NCBI GenBank assembly: GCA_023136775.1
Contig: JAGLQO010000001.1
Coordinates: 47,488-111,487, forward strand
DNA length: 64,000 nt
DNA from: Candidatus Pacearchaeota archaeon
GTDB taxonomy: Archaea > Nanobdellota > Nanobdellia > Pacearchaeales > GW2011-AR1
Reading direction: 5' to 3'
Below the pieces are notes generated by a model. The model was not told where the DNA came from. It searched no databases and saw nothing but the letters and a program-made list of their open reading frames with translations. Position numbers and translations under genes: made by a program. Below are positions 25,699 to 35,009 of this stretch, one piece after another (position 1 is the stretch's first letter; each line of letters starts with the position of its first letter).

Positions 25699-26541
25699 TT
25701 AATTCTTTATTTTTTTGAGTTCCATTAGTTCTTTTTTGGCAGCTTCACTTTCATCAACATATTCGGTAAGTTTTTCCAGCATGTCAAACCATGAATGAGC
25801 TTTTACAGTATCATAAAGTTTTTCATTTATTCCAAGAATTTCTCTCATTTCTTTATTTGAACGACTTATAAAAAAATCTTTCGAAATTAGTTTGCCATTT
25901 TTATCAAGATGTAGTTTATCTTTGACGCAGGCTTTTAATACTGAAAGGTTTTTTGTATATATTGTATATTCTAGTGGGTCTAATAATCCATTTTCTGAAG
26001 AAACAAGACCTTTGAAACTAACACTCCTTAGAATATTATAATATTTCAAGTTTCCATATCTCCCAACCCACGAAGTGATTTCATTAAGTACCGAATGATG
26101 ATATATAGAGCAATATTCAATAGCATCGATATCTATTTCGATACTTTCCATAATTTTTTCAAAGAGAAAAAGGGATTTTTCCCTTTTTATTACATTAAGT
26201 AAGGCTGTGGATACTGGGAATTTGTATTCACAAAGAAGAATCATTAATTCTTCAACTCTTCCATATACAACAGATAACTTTAAAATAGTATCCATTGTGA
26301 TATCATAGTGAGATTTAACCCACATATTTTCTGGGAGGTCGTTAAAGATTTTCTCCCAGCTGCTCCTATCTTCACATTTTGTTATGCGGTTTTTGAAATC
26401 AAATCTTGCTTTGATTATCGCTTCCTGGTTCTTTTTTCCCTGGTTTCCCCCCAGAATGCTTTTAATTGCCACAATAATAATTGTTACAATTAAACTTGCC
26501 GCAATTAAACTTGCCAATAAAACTAATAATCCTTTAATCAT
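25699..26541 (-). CDS. membrane-anchored hypothetical protein (280 aa)
   Basis: AAGGAGAC RBS; single N-terminal TM segment. Confidence 0.6.
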   Translation of the reverse strand: MIKGLLVLLASLIAASLIVTIIIVAIKSILGGNQGKKNQEAIIKARFDFKNRITKCEDRSSWEKIFNDLPENMWVKSHYDITMDTILKLSVVYGRVEELMILLCEYKFPVSTALLNVIKREKSLFLFEKIMESIEIDIDAIEYCSIYHHSVLNEITSWVGRYGNLKYYNILRSVSFKGLVSSENGLLDPLEYTIYTKNLSVLKACVKDKLHLDKNGKLISKDFFISRSNKEMREILGINEKLYDTVKAHSWFDMLEKLTEYVDESEAAKKELMELKKIKN

Positions 26542-26580
26542 AATAAGTCTCCTTGCTCTTTTTGAGCGTTTTGATATTTT

Positions 26581-26682
26581 TCTCCCGCACGAATGATATC
26601 AACGATATCAGTGCCCGAAGCAAAGACTACCAAGCTACTTTGCCGGAGAGGCACCCCGATGGTTAATAGGGGGTGCCTTTTT
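26581..26682 (+). ncRNA. GC-rich structured element ending in a plus-strand intrinsic terminator (candidate sRNA or leader)
   Basis: hairpins TGATATC-AAC-GATATCA, GCAAAG..CTTTGC, and GGCACCCC..GGGGTGCC followed by TTTTTG on the plus strand. Confidence 0.4.
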
Positions 26683-26688
26683 GTGTGA

Positions 26689-26967
26689 TTAATCTGTATC
26701 GTTTTCTATGGGTTCGTTTACCCATTTTATAGCCACCACGAGTCCCTTAAAGGCTACGTAGAGTAATAATAGTGCTAGTATTGTTAACACTATTATTACA
26801 AATCCGTGGCACCATATTCCTATTGTGGGGATGTTTTCGTTTATGCCGGGCATCTGTAAAATTCTTGTAATAATTCTGCCTGTGAAGTATGGCAGAAATA
26901 TTATTCCTGCGAAGCATTCTATTATAATACTTGTCCTGCGAAGTTTTCTTTTGATTGCTTTTCTCAT
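26689..26967 (-). CDS. small membrane protein (92 aa)
   Basis: TGGAGAAAG RBS; 2 TM segments. Confidence 0.55.
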   Translation of the reverse strand: MRKAIKRKLRRTSIIIECFAGIIFLPYFTGRIITRILQMPGINENIPTIGIWCHGFVIIVLTILALLLLYVAFKGLVVAIKWVNEPIENDTD

Positions 26968-27200
26968 TTTCTTTCTCCAATATTTAACTGCTCTAAAAAG
27001 AATCAGATTCTTATAATTAGGGTCAGTTCGTTTTATTTTACTTATTCAACTTATTCATAAGAATTAATTGAATAGTTTGAAAAGGTGCAGGCGCATAATT
27101 TTTATTTTATTGCCTGCTGTTCATTGCTTTGTTTCTTTTATCTATGCACACATAATACACATAGAAAAGAAACGGTTAGTTGATTTAACCGCTTTTGAAA

Positions 27201-27464
27201 TTACCTCTTATGAGGAATGTTAATTCGAGAACCTCCTTTATTCCAACCAGGTACAATCTTAGCTTTTTTGACATTATTAATGAATTTAATTCTTGGATCA
27301 TCCGACCTGAGATCTGTATTTGTCAAAACATAGTTCATTAACTCTACAAAATCTTTCATGGTAATTTCATAATCACCGATAAAAATTAATTTAGAAAAAG
27401 AAGTTGCAGGAGTCATAACGCGTAAATTTTCTGGCTTTGTTCCTTGATTAAGTATTAAAGACAT
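27201..27464 (-). CDS. hypothetical protein
   Basis: start at MSLILNQ behind GGAGGTAATT. Confidence 0.5.
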   Translation of the reverse strand: MSLILNQGTKPENLRVMTPATSFSKLIFIGDYEITMKDFVELMNYVLTNTDLRSDDPRIKFINNVKKAKIVPGWNKGGSRINIPHKR

Positions 27465-27521
27465 AATTACCTCCATAATAATTGTTTATTTTAGTTTTAA
27501 TTTTTTAGTTATTCTGGACAG

Positions 27522-27990
27522 AGCTATGTAAATCCACTTGTAAAATTTCGCGATTTTTTTCGCATTTTAATCTCCTTTTTGTTGGGTTGGGATTTTTTCT
27601 TTTAATCCCTCAGTTTCTTTTTGTCTTCTGATGTGAGTTTTGGACTGGGTGTGGTAGGATTTGAACCTACGACTTCTATATTTTAGTATAGTACTCTACC
27701 TCTGAGCTACACACCCTGTGAAAATATTTTTTCAATTAGAGATTTTCAATTAGATGTATAAGTCGCTGCGAAAATTATCATATGTTTTTTTGCATTTCAA
27801 TTCATTAAATCGGCTTAATTTAATTTTTGAAGATAATACAATTTGGATAGTTAGTTTTTTTAATCATAATAATAATAAGTATTAGAAAACCAATTTTTGT
27901 CAATGAATTTTTCATAATATTCTCCTGTTTTAACTGCTTTAATAAGAATCAGATTCTTGTAATTTAAAGTCAGCTTTATTATTTTACTCA
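27522..27990. repeat. duplicated ~470-bp segment, copy 1 (offset 732 bp)
   Basis: aligns with 28254..28715, including the tRNA-like gene, its trailer and an upstream mini-ORF region. Confidence 0.85.
27646..27716 (-). tRNA. tRNA-like gene with 6-nt anticodon loop (copy 1)
   Basis: acceptor GGGTGTG/CACACCC, D GCTC-AGAGGTA-GAGT, stem CTATA/TATAG enclosing CTAAAA only, T GTAGG-TTCAAAT-CCTAC. Confidence 0.5.
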
Positions 27991-28253
27991 TTCAACTTAT
28001 CTGATATATAATCAAGATAGTTTGAATAAGCGCAGGCGCATAATTTTATCATTATGGCCTGCTGTTCATTGCTAACGTGCTTCATTAATATCACAATCCT
28101 ATTTAGCAATCGGCAACTACAGAAGTATATGTATACCCCTAATTTATTTATGGCGTGTCGTTTAAGTTGAACATATAGATGTATAATTATTATATTGGTG
28201 GCATAATTTGCATTTTCTCCTTTTTTGTTTATTTTGGTTGATTAGTAATTTGT

Positions 28254-28715
28254 AGCTATGTAAATCCACTTGTAAAATTTCGCGATTTTTTTCGCATTTT
28301 AATCTCCTTTTTGTTGGGTTGGGATTTTTTCTTTTTATCCCTCAGTTTCTTTTTGTCTTCTGATGTGAGTTTTGGGCTGGGTGTGGTAGGATTTGAACCT
28401 ACGACTTCTATATTTTAGTATAGTACTCTACCCCTGAGCTACACACCCTGTGAAAATACTTTTTTAATTAGATGTATAAATCGCTGCGAAAATTATCATA
28501 TGCTTTTTTTATTTTTTTATTTCAATTTATTAAATCGGTTTAATTTAATTTTTGAAGATACTGCAGTTTGGATAATTAGTTTTTTAATCATAATCATAAT
28601 CATAAGCATTAGAAAACTAATGTTTGTCAATGAAATTTTCATAATATTCTCCTTGTTTTAACTGCCTTAATAAGAATCAGATTCTTGTAATTTAAAGTCA
28701 GCTTAATTATTTTCT
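28254..28715. repeat. duplicated ~470-bp segment, copy 2
   Basis: see 27522..27990. Confidence 0.85.
28378..28448 (-). tRNA. tRNA-like gene with 6-nt anticodon loop (copy 2)
   Basis: same as 27646..27716 apart from D-loop differences (AGGGGTA). Confidence 0.5.
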
Positions 28716-28756
28716 TTTCTGTGTATATAATAATAAATTACACACACAGAAAAGAA

Positions 28757-28776
28757 GCGGTTAATTTCTTAACCGC
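28757..28776 (-). terminator. hairpin terminator (GCGGTTAA family)
   Basis: GCGGTTAA-TTTC-TTAACCGC followed by TTCTTTTCTGTGTGTG. Confidence 0.6.
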
Positions 28777-28783
28777 TCTGGTA

Positions 28784-29140
28784 TTATTCTGCACCATACG
28801 CTTTAAGAATTTCCGCGATTTCTGAATACCCATTCCATTCGGCAAATTTCAATGAGCTTCTTCCATTTTCGTCTTTCATATTGATTTCGAGATTATCATT
28901 TTTTACAAATAGTTTTACTATCTTAATATATCCGTTATAAGTAGCATACATCAATCCAGTTCTGCCACGTGCATCTTTACTATTTATGTCCGCACCTTCT
29001 ATTAAAAGTCGCTTTGTTTTCCATGTTCTCCCATGTATTGAAGCATTGATAAATTTGATGTCTAATTTATCTGGATTCATTTTAATTTTCTTCATTTCCA
29101 TAGCATTTTGTAACATAGCATTAGCTCGTTCTTTCTTCAT
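28784..29140 (-). CDS. ankyrin-repeat protein
   Basis: LLIEGADINSKDARGRTGLMYA and a second repeat; first 10 codons (MKKERANAML) and the RBS region match 19202..19594. Confidence 0.75.
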   Translation of the reverse strand: MKKERANAMLQNAMEMKKIKMNPDKLDIKFINASIHGRTWKTKRLLIEGADINSKDARGRTGLMYATYNGYIKIVKLFVKNDNLEINMKDENGRSSLKFAEWNGYSEIAEILKAYGAE

Positions 29141-29249
29141 AACAATCTCCTCTTAATTTTTATTTTACTTATTCAACTTATTCATAAGAATTAATTGAAT
29201 AGTTTGAATAAGCGCAGGCTAACAATTAAATTGAAAGCCTGCTTCGTTT

Positions 29250-29612
29250 TTAATTCTCCTTTTTTTTTCGAAGGTAATAAATCATTTCCTTCCTTTCCTT
29301 CTCACTCAATTTGCTTGGTTTAATTAAGTGGTGGAATTTAATGTTATAAAGATATTTTACAAGATTATGTAGTTTTACATATTCCATAAACCTCATTACT
29401 TCACCTGATACTTTGGTCCCAAATCTTTTCTCTATAATTCTTATAATATCGAGAGCCGACTTGCCATGTATTCCAAAGTTAAGACTTAGAATTGTATCCG
29501 GAAGAATTTCTCCTGTTTTGTTATTCTGCGCTAGAATTTCTGAAATAGCAGTTTTTAGTACTACAAAAATCAGAATTTCCCTTGTTGAATAACTTTTAAT
29601 CAATTCTTTCAT
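29250..29612 (-). CDS. hypothetical protein (120 aa)
   Basis: AAGGGGAAAAG RBS. Confidence 0.5.
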   Translation of the reverse strand: MKELIKSYSTREILIFVVLKTAISEILAQNNKTGEILPDTILSLNFGIHGKSALDIIRIIEKRFGTKVSGEVMRFMEYVKLHNLVKYLYNIKFHHLIKPSKLSEKERKEMIYYLRKKKEN

Positions 29613-29711
29613 TTCTTTTCCCCTTCGAAAAATATAGAATTTTATAAGTTAGTTAATAACTAACAATTGAAATAATTAACGCCACACCGTTAAGATGTGA
29701 CGTTAAACTGG

Positions 29712-30287
29712 TTATTCTGACGAAAGTTCAATGGCTTCATCAAAACTATAATCGGGATGAGTGAGCGTCAATCCCAAATTCATAAAATGGTTATTATTTG
29801 ATGTCCATGCCGCACCTGATATATGTTTATTATTTCTTGAAATAACATATGTCGCAACATCATGACATTCATCATCCTCACCAACATATAGTTTTTCAAG
29901 CTGTTCAAAATCTTTAGATAATGGATAACCCATAATAGCCATATTGTCATATAAGATATTGATATGAACCCGAATTAGCTCATCATTAACAAAGTAATAA
30001 AAGACGTATGTATATATCCATAGTTTATACGGTTCAGGAAGACTTGAAAGATTCAAAGTTTCATAGTGTTGTTTCTTATGGAGCCATATTTTATTATCAC
30101 TACTACCATAAATTTCAAAGAAACCACGCTCTGCTTCAAAAGCTTTGACTTCAGACATGCTATCGCCCCAAGGTATATCTCCGTATAAGATTAAATTTTC
30201 AGTAGCAGTCGACTCCTGTGCAAAAAGTGACAAGGCAGATATAAGCATAAATACTATAACAATTACTGTAAGTAAATTCGTTTTCAT
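29712..30287 (-). CDS. secreted hypothetical protein
   Basis: TAAGGAGAAAAAG RBS; signal peptide ...LSLFAQE. Confidence 0.6.
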   Translation of the reverse strand: MKTNLLTVIVIVFMLISALSLFAQESTATENLILYGDIPWGDSMSEVKAFEAERGFFEIYGSSDNKIWLHKKQHYETLNLSSLPEPYKLWIYTYVFYYFVNDELIRVHINILYDNMAIMGYPLSKDFEQLEKLYVGEDDECHDVATYVISRNNKHISGAAWTSNNNHFMNLGLTLTHPDYSFDEAIELSSE

Positions 30288-30395
30288 CTTTTTCTCCTTA
30301 GAAAAATTTATTTATTTATTTCAAAAGCTAATTAAGGATTGACTGTAATTTGAATTAACGTCACATTGTTAAGAGGTGACGTTTGAGAAATTCAA

Positions 30396-30632
30396 CTACG
30401 GAAGAAGGGGATTATTTTTGTCAATAACCGCAGAGACTATTCGACCATTTTCAAAGGTAATTCTTTTTACCTTGTAGCCGATTTCTCTTTGTAGTTCTTC
30501 AAATACACTATCTAGTTCCGTACTATTTTTAAATATAGAGCCAATTTTGCAATTCACGCCATACTTCTTCTGAAGTTTTTTGGCTTTGATTAAGCTACGT
30601 TTTTCTTTAACTGGCCTTTCAACATTTTCCAT
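30396..30632 (-). CDS. hypothetical protein (78 aa)
   Basis: TAGGAGT RBS. Confidence 0.5.
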   Translation of the reverse strand: MENVERPVKEKRSLIKAKKLQKKYGVNCKIGSIFKNSTELDSVFEELQREIGYKVKRITFENGRIVSAVIDKNNPLLP

Positions 30633-30724
30633 AATATACTCCTATTAAAATTATTTTTACCAAATTTCTTTAGTTTTGGATTTTTTAGACACTTTTAGTG
30701 AGTTCAAAATTAAAATGAATGAAA

Positions 30725-30934
30725 TTAAATAGATATTTTATTCCATTCATTCCTTTTGAGGAAAGTTAAAATTAAACTCAAAACAATAAGGAAAATATAC
30801 AGGCAAACTGCAATGAAAAAAGTAGCTATTTGTATAACAGGGAACCATGCAGCTATAGCATCCATATTAAAGTAACCCATAGCGATTGCCATAATAGAAC
30901 TAACCATCAACATAATACCGCTAAATTTACGCAT
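30725..30934 (-). CDS. small membrane protein (69 aa)
   Basis: GAAGGAGAAAT RBS; 2 TM segments. Confidence 0.5.
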   Translation of the reverse strand: MRKFSGIMLMVSSIMAIAMGYFNMDAIAAWFPVIQIATFFIAVCLYIFLIVLSLILTFLKRNEWNKISI

Positions 30935-31000
30935 GATATTTCTCCTTCAAATTTTAAAAAAACAGGAGTCTCTTGTAAAAATAAGAGACTCCTTTTGGCG

Positions 31001-31555
31001 TTACATAACCTGCACCCAAGTTACAGATAGATCATATCCCAGAGCTTCAGCATTCAAAACACCAACATCATCATTAAGTTCCCCAGTAAAATAGTAATCG
31101 ATGGGAAGTTTAATGCCCAGGTTTTCGAAGAATTCCAGAAGTTCATTGTTGACATTTTCATAGTAAACTGGTGTTACCTTTAGTTCTGTTCCATTCAGTT
31201 CATAGATGGCAGCAATTCTGAACTTACCCATAACAAGTTTAACATACTCATGTTCAAAGATTTCTACAAAAACCGGATTAAGATACTTTTTAGGTATGTA
31301 TACCGGTTTCCCATCTTTGGTGAGTTCCAGATTGGAAGCTTGCCAGATTGCGAGAGGTTTGTGTTCTTTTTCAACAACCTCTATAGCAGGTTTGGCGGCT
31401 ACTTCTTCAACAACGGCTTTCGCAGCAACAGGTTCAGCCAGAGTTTCAACAACGGGTTCTTCTACTACGGTTTCTACTTTTTCTGTGGTAGCACAAGAAG
31501 CTAAAGCAAAAAGTAATACCAAGAGAACCAAAAAATATACTGTGTATCGTTTCAT
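31001..31555 (-). CDS. putative lipoprotein
   Basis: start at MKRYTVYFLV behind TAGGAGGTG; lipobox ALASC; Val/Glu/Ala-rich linker. Confidence 0.65.
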   Translation of the reverse strand: MKRYTVYFLVLLVLLFALASCATTEKVETVVEEPVVETLAEPVAAKAVVEEVAAKPAIEVVEKEHKPLAIWQASNLELTKDGKPVYIPKKYLNPVFVEIFEHEYVKLVMGKFRIAAIYELNGTELKVTPVYYENVNNELLEFFENLGIKLPIDYYFTGELNDDVGVLNAEALGYDLSVTWVQVM

Positions 31556-31794
31556 GATACACCTCCTATTTATCTTCACATTTTATGGAGATTATTATTT
31601 ATAAGACATCAACGATGTCTCACCATCCCCACAATTGCTTCTTGGATTTTTTAGAAGTTAAGGGACCAACCTCTTTATTCACTAAGGATAAAGAAAGTTT
31701 TAATTTATAAAATACAATTCATTCTAATGTTTTTTCATATGGTAAATAAATAACAAAAAAAGGGCTTGTTTCAAAGAAACAGCGGCCCTAATTG

Positions 31795-32508
31795 TTAGAA
31801 TTCAGATACTCCTAAAGTTATACCAATAGCGTGATAGTTTCTTTCGAAGAAGTATGCATGAGAAATACCGAGCAATATTCCAGAGGGCTTTTCACCATCC
31901 CCAAGTACAATGTTTAACCCAGATCGCATGTAGAAACCACTTCCAAGAGAATAGCTATCGTAGATTACACTATCATTTGGTGCACCACAATAATCTACAC
32001 CTCTATAATGTCCAGTAGTAATGGTATAATGATGAAATGATTGTTGGAAATAAAAGCATCTTTCAGTTCCTTTTCCCAGTCTTACAAAGTATCCTCCATA
32101 AAAGAAAAACTCGCTGAAATCAATCCCTTGGAGCCTTACTGGATCCCACCAGTCTACGGTGATAGATTTACTGGGCATCGTCGCAAGCATTGAAATCCCA
32201 ATAAGCGGACCAAAGCTGAATAAGTGATTCAACTCAAGAGCAAAAATGCCCATTTCTATAAAGATGGCATGCATACTTCTGCTGCTACCCTCGTAAAGAT
32301 CCATGCCATTGTTACTTGAGGGAATGAAAAGTAATTGCCAGTTTTCAGGGATTGGTTCATTAAAGTCATCCATCATATCATTAGGATTAAGCAAAAAACT
32401 GATTCGCATCCCCCACTTAAGATTGTCCACAGGGACAAAATTAACATCAACCGCGAAGGCATTAGCTGAAATCAAGAGAATCATAAACACAAAAAAGATC
32501 TTTTTCAT
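31795..32508 (-). CDS. outer-membrane beta-barrel-like protein
   Basis: GGAGGTG RBS; signal peptide ...ANAFA; C-terminal ...LGVSEF. Confidence 0.6.
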   Translation of the reverse strand: MKKIFFVFMILLISANAFAVDVNFVPVDNLKWGMRISFLLNPNDMMDDFNEPIPENWQLLFIPSSNNGMDLYEGSSRSMHAIFIEMGIFALELNHLFSFGPLIGISMLATMPSKSITVDWWDPVRLQGIDFSEFFFYGGYFVRLGKGTERCFYFQQSFHHYTITTGHYRGVDYCGAPNDSVIYDSYSLGSGFYMRSGLNIVLGDGEKPSGILLGISHAYFFERNYHAIGITLGVSEF

Positions 32509-32957
32509 AACACACCTCCAAAATGGTTATTTCAAATTTATAGCCAAAAAATTCTAAAGAATCTTATAATAAAAAAGTCATTCATAATATTTTTTTGTTT
32601 AGCTATCTTGAAAAGAATCAACGATTCTTGTAAATTAGAACTGGCTTAATTTACCTCCTAATATAGAATACATTAATTTTTAATCACGTATTTCACGTGA
32701 ATATCAGAAATAATTTATATGGAAATACCTTATTTAGGGTATTTCGGTAAAATAATATAGTTGCTATAAGCTTGTCGCTTGAGAATTTTTTTTGAAATAA
32801 CCTATTTCGCAAAATTTTTATTTTTCGCTTAGGGTATTTCTTTTGGGATTTTCCACTTTGTTTCTTGAGGGTTGAAAATTCAATTTTTTTATTGAATTGT
32901 TATTACTTGTTTTTATGTTTTGTTTGTGGAAATTTTTGTTTGTGTGAATGTGAATTG

Positions 32958-35009
32958 TTAGTTAGTTGGTCTGATAATTTTTTTCCAACCTTTGTCATAT
33001 TTTATTTCATTAATTTTAATTAATCCTTTTTCTATTAATGTATTTTTTACATTAGTTCCTTTTCTAGTTGAAAGATTAATTTTTCGATATACTTCAACTG
33101 TACTAAGTTCATGAACAGGATTTTCGCGCAAGAATTTCATAAAGACTTGCTCGTCATTAGTTAAGCTATTATCTTGTGAGTTGTTACTACTTTTAAATGT
33201 TACTACTAGTTGGTTTTCAAAAACTTTGTTTATCACGGTCATAATATCAAGACTAGTATACTTACCTTGAGTTTTACTTTTTTCCAAGATTTTTTCAATT
33301 TTTTCAAGTTCAATTCCAGCCTTTAAATGTTCAATTGTAAAATCATGAATCATTTGTTGAACATCGGTAAATGAATTCTTTGAATTCATGGGGGGTGTAA
33401 TTCTGCGGAATCTACTGGTCTGGGGTGAGCGGGTGAGCGGGTTGGTGGTTAGGTGAACTTCGTTCACGATTATTTTTTCGGGAACATTGTTGCGTTGTTC
33501 TTCGACGCTTGTTGATGATTGAGTTAAGTTATTTGTGGTAGGTTCTGTTTTAATTTCGATTGGTTTTTTCTTCGGTGCAAGTGGAGATTCTATTTCGGAG
33601 TTGAATTTAGTATCTACTTTTTCCCCATAGTCGTGGTTTAACATCATGGCTTGCATTCTTGCTTTTATGTCGGCATTTGATACATGTTTATCTCGCAAGT
33701 CAACATTTGGTACTTCAATTAAGAAAGGCATGGTATACCGTTCCGCTAGTTTTACAATGGCATTTCCTACGGCTAATTGTGAGAAATAATTTTTACTTTC
33801 TTTAATATCCATTATTCCACTAATATCAAAAATATCTTGGGGAAGTTGTTGTTGAAATGCTATGTGACAAGCAGAGTTTCCTTTTACTGTGTCAGAAATT
33901 TTTGAAATATGCTGGTCTAGGCAAACTAGGCTAGTTCCATATTCTCGCATTTCTCTGTATATCATATCTGTTGTTGATTCGTTTGAGAAGCTTGTCGGTT
34001 TTTTTAAGAAGATATTATGTGCTTCGTCAACTATAATTGCGTGGTCGAAAGATTGGTTGGGGTGATTTTGTCTTGCTTTTTTTAGTTTGAAAATGTAGGT
34101 TAGTACAAATTCGCAGAAGAATGTTTTTTCAATGTTTCCTAGAGAGTTTAATTCCATTACAACTTTTTTGTTTAATAAATCTTCGACGCTAAAAGAATTA
34201 GTTCCTTTGTAGTTTACAACTTTTCCAAATTCTCCAAATGTTAAAACTGTTGCAACTCTTAAGGCTGATTCAATCCAACCCGATTCTCGGTTATTTACTT
34301 TATCCATTTTTTCCTCCAATCTCCATTTAATGTGATTCCATGTTGGATAGTTTTCACTGCCGTTGTAAATTCCCCATTCTTTGAAAGCTTCATCTAGAGT
34401 TTCTAATATTACTTTATGAACTCCAAATGATGCCGAGAAAGCTTCCGTTAAAAGGTCAGTTAATGTGTTAATCCATTCTTTTGGAGCTACTCCTTTTGGC
34501 GGACGATTGATGTTTGTCTTGAATAAGTTGCTTACAGATTCGTCTCCTACGGTAAAGGTCATTATATTATTATCAATGGCAGAAAGTGGTCTGAAAGATT
34601 TTTTCCAGTCGAAAATTAAATAAGGTTTTTTGTTCGCGTTTAGTGCTTCAATTATTTTGAATGCAAAAGTTGTTTTTCCAGAACCAGACATTCCTGTAAC
34701 ACAGATATGACGTGGCCAATCTTTTTCTCGTAGTTTAAAGGGGAAAAGTTTTCTTTTGGCGTAGCTGATTGTTGCTAATTCGTATGTTCCGTTGATTTGT
34801 TCTTCTCTTGGAGGTTCTAATAAAACGCCTTTGTCAAGTAATTGATTAAGATGTTTTTGGTAAAGAGCGTTTAGAATATGTACGATTTCTTCTCTATCGT
34901 CTCGTCCTTCTGCTATGGTATATTGGAAATAAATTTCATCTACTTTTTCTCCGAAGACGGGACGCAATTTATTACAAATTTCTTCAACTGATAATGGTCT
35001 TTGTATCAT
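32958..35009 (-). CDS. FtsK/HerA-superfamily P-loop ATPase (DUF87-like) with C-terminal winged-helix-like domain
   Basis: Walker A VTGMSGSGKTT, Walker B AIIVDEAHN; C-terminus LSTVEVYRKINLSTRKGTNVKNTLIEKGLI is wHTH-like; ATG abuts the stop of the upstream gene. Confidence 0.7.
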   Translation of the reverse strand: MIQRPLSVEEICNKLRPVFGEKVDEIYFQYTIAEGRDDREEIVHILNALYQKHLNQLLDKGVLLEPPREEQINGTYELATISYAKRKLFPFKLREKDWPRHICVTGMSGSGKTTFAFKIIEALNANKKPYLIFDWKKSFRPLSAIDNNIMTFTVGDESVSNLFKTNINRPPKGVAPKEWINTLTDLLTEAFSASFGVHKVILETLDEAFKEWGIYNGSENYPTWNHIKWRLEEKMDKVNNRESGWIESALRVATVLTFGEFGKVVNYKGTNSFSVEDLLNKKVVMELNSLGNIEKTFFCEFVLTYIFKLKKARQNHPNQSFDHAIIVDEAHNIFLKKPTSFSNESTTDMIYREMREYGTSLVCLDQHISKISDTVKGNSACHIAFQQQLPQDIFDISGIMDIKESKNYFSQLAVGNAIVKLAERYTMPFLIEVPNVDLRDKHVSNADIKARMQAMMLNHDYGEKVDTKFNSEIESPLAPKKKPIEIKTEPTTNNLTQSSTSVEEQRNNVPEKIIVNEVHLTTNPLTRSPQTSRFRRITPPMNSKNSFTDVQQMIHDFTIEHLKAGIELEKIEKILEKSKTQGKYTSLDIMTVINKVFENQLVVTFKSSNNSQDNSLTNDEQVFMKFLRENPVHELSTVEVYRKINLSTRKGTNVKNTLIEKGLIKINEIKYDKGWKKIIRPTN
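33424..33515. repeat. GC-richer segment shared with 41493..41585 (lies inside the ATPase CDS)
   Basis: shared blocks GGGTGAGCGGGTT, GTGAAC-TTC-GTTCACGATT, ACATTGTTG. Confidence 0.7.

Noticed and set aside
32793-32807. 15-nt direct repeat TGAAATAACCTATTT flanking the ATPase module (second copy at 35673)
   Set aside because: By my rough estimate, exact 15-mers are expected by chance several times in 64 kb of DNA this AT-rich. It is kept only as a weak note and is not called a terminal repeat.
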